NCBI GenBank assembly: GCA_965261395.1
Contig: OZ253462.1
Coordinates: forward strand, 1,920,001-1,984,000
Length of the DNA: 64,000 nt
Direction of reading: 5' to 3'
Origin: Candidatus Latescibacterota bacterium
Lineage (GTDB): Bacteria > Latescibacterota > UBA2968 > UBA8231
Part shown: piece after piece, positions 40,918 through 50,604 of the stretch
Numbering within the stretch: the first letter of the stretch is position 1
Layout of the letters: the number at the start of each line of letters is the position of its first letter
Notes under the pieces: generated by a model
Seen by the model: the letters and a program-made list of their open reading frames with translations, nothing else
The model's database searches: none
Told to the model about the DNA's origin: nothing
Translations under genes and position numbers: made by a program

Positions 40918-42300
40918 ATGAACTCCATAGACCCCCAGGCCCTGTTGGCGCTTGCCGCTCTTCTCGGCCCGCGCTTGAACGCAACTTCTGAGGTGTGCCG
41001 CGCACACGCCGCCGACGCCTCCTACCACGCGCCGCAACCGCCACAGGCCGTAGCCTTTCCCGCCAGCGTTGAAGAAGTAGCCCAGATCGCCCGGATATGC
41101 ACCGCGCACCAGGTACCGATTGTGCCCTTTGGCACCGGCACGGCTGTCGAAGGCGGTATCGTCGCCGTGCGCGGCGGCCTTTGCGTCGATCTCTCGCGCA
41201 TGAACCGCATCCTCCGCGTCAGTGCGGCCGACATGGACGCCACGGTCGAAGCCGGCGTCACTCGCCAGCAGCTCAACGAACATCTCCGAGCACAAGACAC
41301 CGGCCTGCACTTCCCGGTTGATCCCGGAGCCGATGCCTCCTTGGGCGGCATGGCCGCCACCCGTGCCTCTGGCAGCGCTGCGGTTGGCTATGGCACCATG
41401 CGCGACAATGTCTTGGGCCTCAAGGCCGTCTTCGCCGACGGCACAGTCGTCGAAGTCGGGGGTCGGGCACGCAAATCCTCGGCAGGTTACGACCTAACCG
41501 CCCTGCTAGTCGGCAGCGAAGGCACGCTGGCCCTTATCACCGAAGTAACCCTGCGCCTAGCCAAGCTGCCGGCGGCCATCTCCGCAGCGGTCTGCCCCTT
41601 TGCCGACCTCGACACGGCCGTCGGCGCTGCCATCGACGTCTTGAGCGCGGGGATCCCCGTCGCGCGGCTCGAATTGCTCGACGAAGTGCAAATGCAGGCC
41701 TGTAACCAATACGCGGGCCTCGATTACGAGGTGGCACCGACGCTCTTTTTTGAATTTCACGACTCGGAAAAGGGGGTTGTCGAACAAGCTGAAACTGCTG
41801 GCGCGCACGTAGCCCGGAGGGGCGGCGGTCCCTTCCGCTGGGCCACCGCCGCCGGTGAGCGCGACCGCTTGTGGCAGGCGCGCTACGACGCCTATTACGC
41901 CTCACGTGCGCTCCGCCCCGGCTCGGTGGGCTATGTAACCGATGTCTGCGTGCCGATTACGGCCCTTGCTCGCTGCATCCACCAAACGAGAGCCGCGCTG
42001 GCCGACCTCGACTTTCCCGCGCCGCTCTTCGGCCACGTCGGTGACGGCAACTTTCACGTCGTCTGCCTCATCGAGCCGGGCAACGCCGAAGAGCTAGCGC
42101 AGGTACAGCGGCTGGGCGAGCAGATCGTCGAGTGGGCACTCCAGGCCGGAGGAACTTGCACCGGCGAACACGGCATCGGCTTGGGCAAGCTCGACGCGCT
42201 TGAAGCCGAGTGCGGCCCAGGCGTCGAGATCATGCGCCGCATCAAAAAAGCACTCGACCCCGACCACCTTATGAACCCCGGCAAAGTCCTGCGCATCTGA
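40918..42300 (+). CDS. FAD-linked D-2-hydroxyacid dehydrogenase (GlcD/D-LDH family)
   Basis: FPVDPGADASLGG, GSEGTL, GHVGDGNFH, GEHGIG, MNPGK. Confidence 0.92.
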   Translation: MNSIDPQALLALAALLGPRLNATSEVCRAHAADASYHAPQPPQAVAFPASVEEVAQIARICTAHQVPIVPFGTGTAVEGGIVAVRGGLCVDLSRMNRILRVSAADMDATVEAGVTRQQLNEHLRAQDTGLHFPVDPGADASLGGMAATRASGSAAVGYGTMRDNVLGLKAVFADGTVVEVGGRARKSSAGYDLTALLVGSEGTLALITEVTLRLAKLPAAISAAVCPFADLDTAVGAAIDVLSAGIPVARLELLDEVQMQACNQYAGLDYEVAPTLFFEFHDSEKGVVEQAETAGAHVARRGGGPFRWATAAGERDRLWQARYDAYYASRALRPGSVGYVTDVCVPITALARCIHQTRAALADLDFPAPLFGHVGDGNFHVVCLIEPGNAEELAQVQRLGEQIVEWALQAGGTCTGEHGIGLGKLDALEAECGPGVEIMRRIKKALDPDHLMNPGKVLRI

Positions 42301-42335
42301 AGCCACCATCCCCCTCAACTTAGCGAGATTGCATT

Positions 42336-43550
42336 ATGAAAATCACCAACGTCGAATTCTTCCATCTCAACCCGCGCCTCTGTGACCGCTATCAGGGTCA
42401 CGAGGTCCGCTTCTCCGGCATCGACACCCAGACCGTCTTCCGCGTAACCCTCGACAACGGCGTCGTCGGCTACGGCGACGAGCGCGGCCACACCTCGCTT
42501 TCCGAAGGACAGATCGCGGGCATGATCGACCAATCGCCATTCAACTATGTGGCTGGTGCGCTCAGCACCGGCCTGATGGGGGCACTGTACGACGCCATGG
42601 GCAAGGCCATCGAAGAGCCTGCGTACAAGCTATTGGGCCAGAAGGTGCGCGATCGCGTGCCGGTGGCGGCGTGGACCCGGCCGGCGGCTCCCGAGGACTT
42701 TGCCCGCGAAATCCAACGCGCCGCCCAAGAGGGCTACACCCTCTTCAAGATGCATTCAGCCGAACAGCACGACGTGATCGAGCAGACGCGCGCCGCCCAA
42801 GAGGTCGCCCCGCCCGGCTTTAAGGTCCACTGGGACTTCAACCACAATCGGCCCTCTACCGCCGTGCTGCGCATCGTCGATGAGCTGGAAAAATTTCCGG
42901 TCGTCGGCTTCTTGGAAGACCCGCTCTATCCCTACGACATCGAGGGCTGGCGTCTGTTGCGTTCAAAGACCTGCCTACCACTTTTGATGCACGTGCCGCA
43001 GCTCGGGGGCGGCCCGGAGATTCAGCGAGATGTGGCCGACCTCTACATGATCGGCGAAATGGGCATTGGCCACTCCATTCGCCGGGGCTTGGCTGCGGCG
43101 GCCGCCGGTCTTTCGACCGTGATTCAGCTTACTGGCGGCACCCTGTGCAAGGCCATGGCCATGCACTTGGGCGCGGTCATTCCCAATGTCTCGCATTCGA
43201 CCAACTTAGACGATCAGTACGCAGAGGATGTGACCGGAGGCCGCCTCGAAGTCAGCGAGGGCAGCACGCCGGTGCCCGAGGGGCCGGGGCTGGGCGTGGA
43301 AGTAGATGAGCAGATATTGGCAGAACTAGCCGCGCGGCCCAAGAGCGAACTGCCGCGCCACGTCGGCGTCTTGCACCTGCCTGGCGGCACCACGTACTAC
43401 ACCCCGAGCATCCCGGCGGTCGAGCGGCTGACCGGATTTGTCGAAGGCAATGTGCGCGGCGTGCGCACCGAGGTCTGGAACGACGACGGCTCGGAAGAAT
43501 TCGCGCGTATTTATGAACAGGTGCAAAAAGAAGGCAAAGTCAAGACTTAG
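42336..43550 (+). CDS. Enolase superfamily (MR/MLE-like) protein
   Basis: ALYDAMGK, FKMH, DFNH, FLEDP, PEGPGLGVEVD. Confidence 0.85.
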   Translation: MKITNVEFFHLNPRLCDRYQGHEVRFSGIDTQTVFRVTLDNGVVGYGDERGHTSLSEGQIAGMIDQSPFNYVAGALSTGLMGALYDAMGKAIEEPAYKLLGQKVRDRVPVAAWTRPAAPEDFAREIQRAAQEGYTLFKMHSAEQHDVIEQTRAAQEVAPPGFKVHWDFNHNRPSTAVLRIVDELEKFPVVGFLEDPLYPYDIEGWRLLRSKTCLPLLMHVPQLGGGPEIQRDVADLYMIGEMGIGHSIRRGLAAAAAGLSTVIQLTGGTLCKAMAMHLGAVIPNVSHSTNLDDQYAEDVTGGRLEVSEGSTPVPEGPGLGVEVDEQILAELAARPKSELPRHVGVLHLPGGTTYYTPSIPAVERLTGFVEGNVRGVRTEVWNDDGSEEFARIYEQVQKEGKVKT

Positions 43551-43563
43551 AAAGGAACACTTC

Positions 43564-44688
43564 ATGCTCGACCAACTCGCCTATCTCCGCGACGCTCAAA
43601 CTGGGCGCGCCTCGTCTTGGGACGAAACCGGCCGCAACAGCGACGCCTGGTGGATCGAACCCGGTGAGAGCGCAGTCCTCGCCGACATCAAAGGCCCCGG
43701 CCGCATCACCCACCTCTGGCTGACTCAAGCCAACCACTACCGAGAGTGCTTGCTCAAAATCACCTACGACGACGCAGATTTCCCCAGCGTGGTCTGCCCT
43801 TTAGGCGATTTCTTTGGCCTCGGCCACGGCATCGTCAACTCCTACCAGTCCCTGCTCTTTTCCACCTCGACGCGCAGCAACAATGTTTTTAATACCGGCT
43901 GCGCCCTCAACGCCTACGTGCAAATGCCCTTCCGCCAGCGGGCAGTCGTCGAACTGGTCAACGAGAGCAGCGAACGGCACCGCCAGTACTTCTACGTCGA
44001 TTACGAGACCGGCGACGTGCCGAGCGAGGCCGGGTATTTCCACGCGGAGTTCCGCCGCGAAAACCCCTTTGGCGGGTGGGGGCACGAGATCCGCGTCAAC
44101 GCGCCGGAAGCCAACATCGTCAACAAGGAACAGACTGCTTGGGATAACAACTACGTCATCTTGGAAACCCAAGGACGCGGCCACTACATCGGCTGCAACA
44201 TCAGCGTCACCAACTTCCAGGGCACTTGGTGGGGCGAGGGCGACGACATAATCTGGGTCGATGGCTACAAGTGGCCCCCCGAACTGCACGGCACCGGCAG
44301 CGAGGACTACCTCAACCAAGCGTGGGGCATGCAGGACAACGCCTTTTTGCGCAACGGCTCCTCCATCCACGAAAACAACACCAACGGCTACCAAACTTCG
44401 TACGTCCACCACCTCGAAAATCCCGTCCATTTCCAGCGGGAAATCAAGGCCACCATCGAACACGGCCACGGCAATCACCTCTGCAACGAGATGAGCAGCG
44501 TCGCCTACTGGTACGCGGCCGAACCCACCCGTGTGGCCGAACCCCCCGCCGTCGCCCAGCGCATGCCCGTCCTCCGCGACGACCAAGGCCAGTGGTTGTA
44601 CGATCCAGAGAATCAAATCACCAGTAGGAAAATTCGCCCCAACGCGGAAATGGAGCAGATGAAAAAGCAGTGGGCGGCCAGAGACTAG
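43564..44688 (+). CDS. DUF2961 / glycoside hydrolase family 172
   Basis: PLGDFFG, WWGEGDD, HGTGSEDY, TIEHGH, SSVAYWY. Confidence 0.9.
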   Translation: MLDQLAYLRDAQTGRASSWDETGRNSDAWWIEPGESAVLADIKGPGRITHLWLTQANHYRECLLKITYDDADFPSVVCPLGDFFGLGHGIVNSYQSLLFSTSTRSNNVFNTGCALNAYVQMPFRQRAVVELVNESSERHRQYFYVDYETGDVPSEAGYFHAEFRRENPFGGWGHEIRVNAPEANIVNKEQTAWDNNYVILETQGRGHYIGCNISVTNFQGTWWGEGDDIIWVDGYKWPPELHGTGSEDYLNQAWGMQDNAFLRNGSSIHENNTNGYQTSYVHHLENPVHFQREIKATIEHGHGNHLCNEMSSVAYWYAAEPTRVAEPPAVAQRMPVLRDDQGQWLYDPENQITSRKIRPNAEMEQMKKQWAARD

Positions 44689-45335
44689 TGAGTGCGACGC
44701 TAACAACCACAGCCAAAGTTCAGATCGTCCTCGACGTACTCCAGCGGCTCTATCCCAGTCCCTCAATCCCGCTCAAAAGTCGGGACCCCTACACGCATCT
44801 CATTGCCGTGTTGCTTTCGGCGCAATGCACGGATGCGCGCGTCAACCAAGTAACGCCCGCGCTCTTTGCCCGCGCCGACCGGCCCGAGCGCATGGTCGAG
44901 CTGGCCGTGGAAGAGATCGAACAGATCATTCACCCTTGCGGATTGGCCCCTCGCAAGTCCAAGGCCATCTGGACGCTCTCGCAGATACTGCTCGCCGAAC
45001 ACGGCGGCCAAGTCCCGCCCGATCTGGCCGCGCTCGAACGCCTGCCTGGAGTGGGGCACAAAACCGCGCAAGTCGTTCTGGCGCAGAATTTCGGTGTGCC
45101 GACCTTCCCCGTGGACACCCACATCCATCGGCTGATCTACCGTTGGGGGCTGTCCAGCGGCAAGAGCGTCGAGCGAACAGAACGGGACTGCAAGCGCCTC
45201 TTCCCCCAGGCGCGTTGGAACGACCTGCACCTACAAATCATCTACTTTGGCCGCGAGCATTGCCCAGCGCGCGGACACCAACCTGCTGAGTGCCTTTTGT
45301 GTAGCAGGATAGGCCGCAAGAGCCTGTTCAAATAG
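44688..45335 (+). CDS. nth: Endonuclease III
   Basis: LLSAQCTDARVN, LPGVGHKTA, FPVDTHIHR, GREHCPAR. Confidence 0.93.
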   Translation: MSATLTTTAKVQIVLDVLQRLYPSPSIPLKSRDPYTHLIAVLLSAQCTDARVNQVTPALFARADRPERMVELAVEEIEQIIHPCGLAPRKSKAIWTLSQILLAEHGGQVPPDLAALERLPGVGHKTAQVVLAQNFGVPTFPVDTHIHRLIYRWGLSSGKSVERTERDCKRLFPQARWNDLHLQIIYFGREHCPARGHQPAECLLCSRIGRKSLFK

Positions 45336-45364
45336 GGACATCCCTACGAAAGGAGAACTTCTTT

Positions 45365-46228
45365 ATGAGCGATAATCTACGTTTGTTATCCATCGGCGCG
45401 CATCCGGCCGACATCTTCGACCAGTCGGGCGGCACCATGGCCCATCACGTTGCCCGCGGCGACTGGGTCGGCTGCGTGGTGCTGACACACGGAGCGAGGG
45501 TTCACGACAAGGTGATCAGCGACGAGATGTTCCACCGGGCCGAAGTCCCGCAAGCGGACCAACTAACGGCGCTGATGGCCGAGCGCGCCGACGTCAAGGC
45601 CGACGAGGTGCGGCGAGCCTGTGCCCTGCTCGGAGTCGAGGAAATCCACTTTTTCGGGGCCGACGACGCGGTGTTGCAAGTTACCGAGGAGGCCGTGCGC
45701 CGCCTAGCGCGGCTGGTGCGCCAACTGCGGCCGGATGTGGTGCTGACCCACTTTCCCAAGGAAGGCGACGGGCTGACCAACGCCCATGCCATCTGCGGTC
45801 AAATCGTCCTCCACGCGCTTGCGCTGGCCAATGGGGTGGATCCCGGCGACAGCCGTCCGCCGCATCGGGTCGCCCAAGTTTTTTATTTTGGCACCGGGGC
45901 GGCAGCGATCCCGCGCAGTGTTTGGGATTCGGAGGGCGGCTACTACAACGATGTTTTTATCGACATTACCGACGTGGTCGCCAAGAAGCTGGCAGCGCTG
46001 GATTGCCTAGAAAGCCAAGGCTACGGCGGGGCGTATGCGCGCAAGCGGATCGAGACCAGCGACGGGGCCTTTGGCTCAGCCGCCGGATGCGCTTACGCCG
46101 AGGGCTTTATCAAAGCCAACGCCGAGACCCATTACTACCTGCCGCTGACCGAGCACGCCATAAAGCAGGCACGGACGTCTGATCACGAGCATATCGCCAC
46201 ACAGTCGTTCAAGATCCAGACCGATTGA
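45365..46228 (+). CDS. PIG-L family deacetylase
   Basis: GAHPADIFD, LTHG, RPDVVLTH, IDITD...YAEGF. Confidence 0.82.
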   Translation: MSDNLRLLSIGAHPADIFDQSGGTMAHHVARGDWVGCVVLTHGARVHDKVISDEMFHRAEVPQADQLTALMAERADVKADEVRRACALLGVEEIHFFGADDAVLQVTEEAVRRLARLVRQLRPDVVLTHFPKEGDGLTNAHAICGQIVLHALALANGVDPGDSRPPHRVAQVFYFGTGAAAIPRSVWDSEGGYYNDVFIDITDVVAKKLAALDCLESQGYGGAYARKRIETSDGAFGSAAGCAYAEGFIKANAETHYYLPLTEHAIKQARTSDHEHIATQSFKIQTD

Positions 46229-46240
46229 TCCGGCGTCCGC

Positions 46241-47434
46241 CTACTGCATCCCAGCCAGTCGCTCCGCCAAGTCCTCCTGCGTCGTCCCAATGTCGAGGGA
46301 GCCAATGTCCCGTCCGTCCAAGCTGTTGGCTAATCCGCCCAGATCGTCCTGCGTCGTCGGCTTGGCCACTACGCCCACATAGTCTAGCACTTCGTGAATT
46401 TTGTCGGCGCGAATGCCGAACCCCAAGGCGGTTTGTGGGACGCGCGTAGGTGCGCCGCCTATGCTGAGAACCAGATTCTCAATACCCGCGTTGTTGATGG
46501 CCACCACTTGGCCGGAATCATCGAAAATGGGGCTGCCGCTGGTGCCGCCAGAAAGGTCGAGATTGTGCTGGACGATGTAGGTGTCGGACGCGGTGTACGA
46601 CTCGCCTTGGAAGGGCGGACGCAAGGCACTGATCGTGCCGTTCTTGAAGGTGGCAATCGGGAAAAGGTGGGACAGCTCGCCGCCTTGGAGTTCACCGGGA
46701 AATCCTACAGTCGCTATCGGCGCACCGATTCTCAATCGGCGAACCGCGTTGCTCGTCGCCAAGGAGACGCGCCGCCCAATGAAGCCTTCGGAGATGTGTA
46801 GCGTACCTACATCGGGCGACCTCAGATCGTCGGGGTCCCATTGTGGGTGTGCCCAATAAGTACTAATAAAAAAATAATTTTCTTGGTATGAGAGATCGGT
46901 CGTCAGGTTTCGCACTACTATCCACAAACTGTGTAGATCGGTTCCATACCTGTTATTGAACGCCGCTACTTGACCATCCAATTCAAGCAGTCCATCTATG
47001 ATGTGTCCATTGGTGACAAGCGTACCGCTTTCCACGGCAAAGCTTGTGCCGATGAATGTAATAGTCACATCCTCTATGTTGCCGTTGTACACACCGTGGA
47101 GCACGGCGTAGATAGAGTACTGCAAAGAATGGACGATCCCGCTCCAATCCCCAATCTGGCCTTCCAACTCGTCCACGCGATCTTGCAGATCCTCAAATTC
47201 CCGCCGCGTAATACTCGTCTGCGTCAGCTTGGCGCGCACTTGGCCGATCTCCTCGGCATTGTCCGCCGTCACCGCGAGAGCGTCGAGCCGCGCCAACAGG
47301 CTCAGCCGGTCCTCCTCTTGGGCGGCTTCAACTTCGGAAAGACGCTGCTCTAATTCATCCACTCGCTCCGCGAGCGGATTATCCGCGCAGGCGAAAAAGA
47401 CCGCGCCTAGCAGGACGGAGAAAAACAGACGCAT
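46241..47434 (-). CDS. Trypsin-like serine protease lipoprotein with coiled coil
   Basis: Lipobox FFAC; VTNGH, PDVG, GGTSGSP. Confidence 0.85.
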   Translation of the reverse strand: MRLFFSVLLGAVFFACADNPLAERVDELEQRLSEVEAAQEEDRLSLLARLDALAVTADNAEEIGQVRAKLTQTSITRREFEDLQDRVDELEGQIGDWSGIVHSLQYSIYAVLHGVYNGNIEDVTITFIGTSFAVESGTLVTNGHIIDGLLELDGQVAAFNNRYGTDLHSLWIVVRNLTTDLSYQENYFFISTYWAHPQWDPDDLRSPDVGTLHISEGFIGRRVSLATSNAVRRLRIGAPIATVGFPGELQGGELSHLFPIATFKNGTISALRPPFQGESYTASDTYIVQHNLDLSGGTSGSPIFDDSGQVVAINNAGIENLVLSIGGAPTRVPQTALGFGIRADKIHEVLDYVGVVAKPTTQDDLGGLANSLDGRDIGSLDIGTTQEDLAERLAGMQ

Positions 47435-47556
47435 GAAAAGCTCCTTTCGGGGTTGGCGCATTGCTTGCAGATACGCCTAAACGTAGTTTGTCAACAGCAC
47501 GCGCCGTGCGATAATGCCCAATTCTATTCCTGTGAACAAGACCCTGTACCCTCTAC

Positions 47557-48810
47557 ATGCCATTAGCCCTTTCGCTCCTCCTCGTCCTTTCATCCTGCAG
47601 CCCTGAGCCGCGCCAAGACGCCACCGTCACCCTCGAGTTCTGGACCATTGCCCTCGGCGATGCATTCGCCGACTACATCTTGGGCATGATCGCCGAGTAC
47701 GAGCAGGCCCACCCCGGCGTAAAAGTCAAGTGGGTCGATGTCAGCGGCGGCGAAGTGGCCGAGAAGTTCCTCGCCGCCTTGGTCGGCGACGCGCCCCCAG
47801 ACTTGGCCAACATCTACGACCTGCCCCGCTTCCTGCAATACGACATCCTCGTCAACATGGACGAGGCGGTCGCGCCAGCCGCAAAGGCCAAACGGCTCGA
47901 AAATTTCTGGCGCGGCGTCGGCTACTTCCAAGGCAGCAACTACGCCATCCCTTGGTACGTCGGCGTCTCCATGCTCTGGTACAACAAAGACCTCTTCGCC
48001 CAGGCCGGCCTCGACCCCGAGCGCCCGCCGACCACCATCGACGAGATGCTCGCCATGGGCCGCCAAATCCGCGAGCGCACCGGCAAATACGGCGTCTCTT
48101 GGCGGCTGCATCCCTCCCTCATAGCCCCTCCTTGGGCGCTGTTGCGTCTAGACGGCTTCTGGCCGCTCTTCGTTCCCAACGCCCGCCGCACCCGCATCAA
48201 CCACCCCGAGGCCAAGGCTATCTTTCAGCAGTGGATTGACGCCTATCAGCAGGGGATCGTTCCGCCCGAGGCCCTCGCCGCCTCCCACCGCGACGAGGTC
48301 AATTGGTTCATCGAAGGCCGCGCGGCCATGCTGCCCTTTTCCGGCGGCTGGATCACTCGCTACTTCGACGATTCCTTTGCCAAAAAGGCGGTACCAGCAC
48401 CCATGCCGCGAGGCCGCCTCGGCCAAGTGCCGGCCACCAACCAAGTCTTGGTCGTGCCTAAAGCCTCGCCCCACGTAGAGCAAGCCGTTGACTTCGGGCT
48501 GTTTGTCACCAACGACGCCAACCAGCTCGAATTCTGCCGCCTAGTCGCCATTTTGCCCTCGACCGTCCAAGCGGCTGCCGACCCCTATTTTCGCCGCCCG
48601 CCCACCACGCTAGCCGACGCCGCCAACCAGCTTTCCGCGGCCGACATCGCCCACTCCTTTGTCATGGCCCCGCCCGACGTCAAAAGCTGGAGCCGGATGG
48701 AGGACATTCTCCACGAGGAATTCGCCAAAGCATTGGCCGGCCAGCAGAGCGCGGACGCGGCCCTGAGCCGCATCGAATCCAAGTGGAACCACCTGTCGCG
48801 CTTCCATTGA
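47557..48810 (+). CDS. Sugar ABC transporter substrate-binding lipoprotein
   Basis: LSSC lipobox; YAIPWY, YNKDLFAQAGLDP..PPTT. Confidence 0.9.
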   Translation: MPLALSLLLVLSSCSPEPRQDATVTLEFWTIALGDAFADYILGMIAEYEQAHPGVKVKWVDVSGGEVAEKFLAALVGDAPPDLANIYDLPRFLQYDILVNMDEAVAPAAKAKRLENFWRGVGYFQGSNYAIPWYVGVSMLWYNKDLFAQAGLDPERPPTTIDEMLAMGRQIRERTGKYGVSWRLHPSLIAPPWALLRLDGFWPLFVPNARRTRINHPEAKAIFQQWIDAYQQGIVPPEALAASHRDEVNWFIEGRAAMLPFSGGWITRYFDDSFAKKAVPAPMPRGRLGQVPATNQVLVVPKASPHVEQAVDFGLFVTNDANQLEFCRLVAILPSTVQAAADPYFRRPPTTLADAANQLSAADIAHSFVMAPPDVKSWSRMEDILHEEFAKALAGQQSADAALSRIESKWNHLSRFH

Positions 48811-48821
48811 GACCAAACGCC

Positions 48822-49742
48822 ATGTACGGACGCTACGTACCTTATTACTTTGTCGCCCCCGGGCTGTTGTTCCTAGCCGTGTTCTTCGCCTATCCCTTGC
48901 TCGATACGCTCTATCTCAGCCTGCACCGCTACAACATCTTCTCGCCGCCCACCTTCGTCGGCCTCGACAATTTTCGCCGCGCTTGGGGCGACGAGCTGTT
49001 TTGGCGGGTCTTGGCCAATACTCTGCTCTACGCGATCATCGTCGTGCCCGCGCTCGTCGTGCTCTCGTTTTTCATGGCCCTCCTACTCGACAACTCGCTG
49101 CGGCTGATCAAGATATTTCGCACGCTGTACTACATTCCGGTCGTCACCTCCATCGTCGTCGCTGGCATCGTCTGGAAGTGGCTCTACAATGCCGACGGCC
49201 TGATCAACGCCTTCCTCAAGGGGCTGGGCGTCAGCGGCCCATCGTGGCTGGCCGATGTGCGCGGCGTCCCCGAGGCACTCTTGGGCCTGTTGGGCGTGGA
49301 GACCCAGTCCGCGTGGTTGACTGAGCCGGCGATTGCCCTGTCTGCGGTGGCCATGGTCACCGTGTGGAAGGCCACGCCGTACTACATGATCATCTATCTG
49401 GCCGGCTTGCAGGGCATCCCGGCCCAGCTCAAAGAAGCCGCCCGCGTCGATGGGGCCGGTTGGTGGCAGGTCGTGCGCCACGTCATCATCCCGACGATCA
49501 AGCCCTACACCCTCGTGGTCTCCATCATCGCCACCATTGCCGCCTTGCGCACCTTTGGCGAAGTGTACGTGATGACCGGCGGCGGCCCCTTCCACCGCAC
49601 CAACCTATTGTCCTACTACATCTACACGCTCGGGTTCAAATACCTCGAAGTAGGGTACGCCGCGGCCGTCTCGCTCTGCTTGCTGGTCGTCATATTGATC
49701 TTTGCCCTGCTCAACTTTCGCCTCGCTGGCCGAGGAGCTTGA
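48822..49742 (+). CDS. Sugar ABC transporter permease
   Basis: FVGLDNF, LAGLQGIP..LKEAARVDGA. Confidence 0.92.
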   Translation: MYGRYVPYYFVAPGLLFLAVFFAYPLLDTLYLSLHRYNIFSPPTFVGLDNFRRAWGDELFWRVLANTLLYAIIVVPALVVLSFFMALLLDNSLRLIKIFRTLYYIPVVTSIVVAGIVWKWLYNADGLINAFLKGLGVSGPSWLADVRGVPEALLGLLGVETQSAWLTEPAIALSAVAMVTVWKATPYYMIIYLAGLQGIPAQLKEAARVDGAGWWQVVRHVIIPTIKPYTLVVSIIATIAALRTFGEVYVMTGGGPFHRTNLLSYYIYTLGFKYLEVGYAAAVSLCLLVVILIFALLNFRLAGRGA

Positions 49743-49743
49743 G

Positions 49744-50559
49744 ATGGTTCAGCGCATTCTGCTCTACGCGATCCTGTGCGCAGTCGGCGCGGTCTTGCTG
49801 GTTCCTTTCGCTTGGCTACTATCCACCGCGCTCAAAGCCGAGTCGGCCGATCTGTTCGCCCATCCTCCGCAGTGGATTCCCGACCCCATCGTCTGGGGCA
49901 ACTTCGCCAAGGCTTGGAACATCCTCCCGTTTGTGCGCTACCTCTTCAATACCTTCTACATTGCCATCGCCACGGTCCTGCTCAACTTGACGTGTTGTTC
50001 GCTGGCCGGCTACGCCCTCGCCCGCATGCACTTTCGCGGACGCCAAGCCATCTTCTACTGCATATTGGCCACGACCATGGTGCCGTTCCAAGTTCTCTTA
50101 ATCCCGCTCTTTATCGTCACCTTGAAGCTGGGTCTCGTGGATTCGTACGCCGGCGTCATTTTGCCAGTGGCGGTCAACGCCTTTGGCATCTTCCTCCTGC
50201 GCCAAGCCTTCACCACTATTCCCACCGATCTCGAAGATGCCGCGCGCATCGACGGCTGCGGCCCGTGGACCATCTATGCGCGCATTATGATGCCCTTGGT
50301 CAAACCAGCCCTCGCCGTGCAGGCGGCGTTTACGTTCGTAGCCCAGTGGAACGATTTTCTGTGGCCGCTGGTGGTGCTCAAAAGCCGCGAGCTGTACACC
50401 CTGCAATTGGGACTGGCCAGCCTCCAGGGCGTCTTTGGGGTCAACTGGCGCTACATTTCAGCGGCTTCGATCATCGCCTTGGTGCCGACGGTGCTGTTCT
50501 TTCTCTTCACCCAGCGATTTTTCACGCAGGGGCTGACGGCTGGTGCTGTGAAGGAATAG
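49744..50559 (+). CDS. Sugar ABC transporter permease
   Basis: IPTDLEDAARIDGC, WNDFLWP, GLTAGAVK. Confidence 0.92.
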   Translation: MVQRILLYAILCAVGAVLLVPFAWLLSTALKAESADLFAHPPQWIPDPIVWGNFAKAWNILPFVRYLFNTFYIAIATVLLNLTCCSLAGYALARMHFRGRQAIFYCILATTMVPFQVLLIPLFIVTLKLGLVDSYAGVILPVAVNAFGIFLLRQAFTTIPTDLEDAARIDGCGPWTIYARIMMPLVKPALAVQAAFTFVAQWNDFLWPLVVLKSRELYTLQLGLASLQGVFGVNWRYISAASIIALVPTVLFFLFTQRFFTQGLTAGAVKE

Positions 50560-50604
50560 CGGGGTCGTCATCTTCGGCATCTGAGTGAGGAGATAGCAAG
50601 GCGC

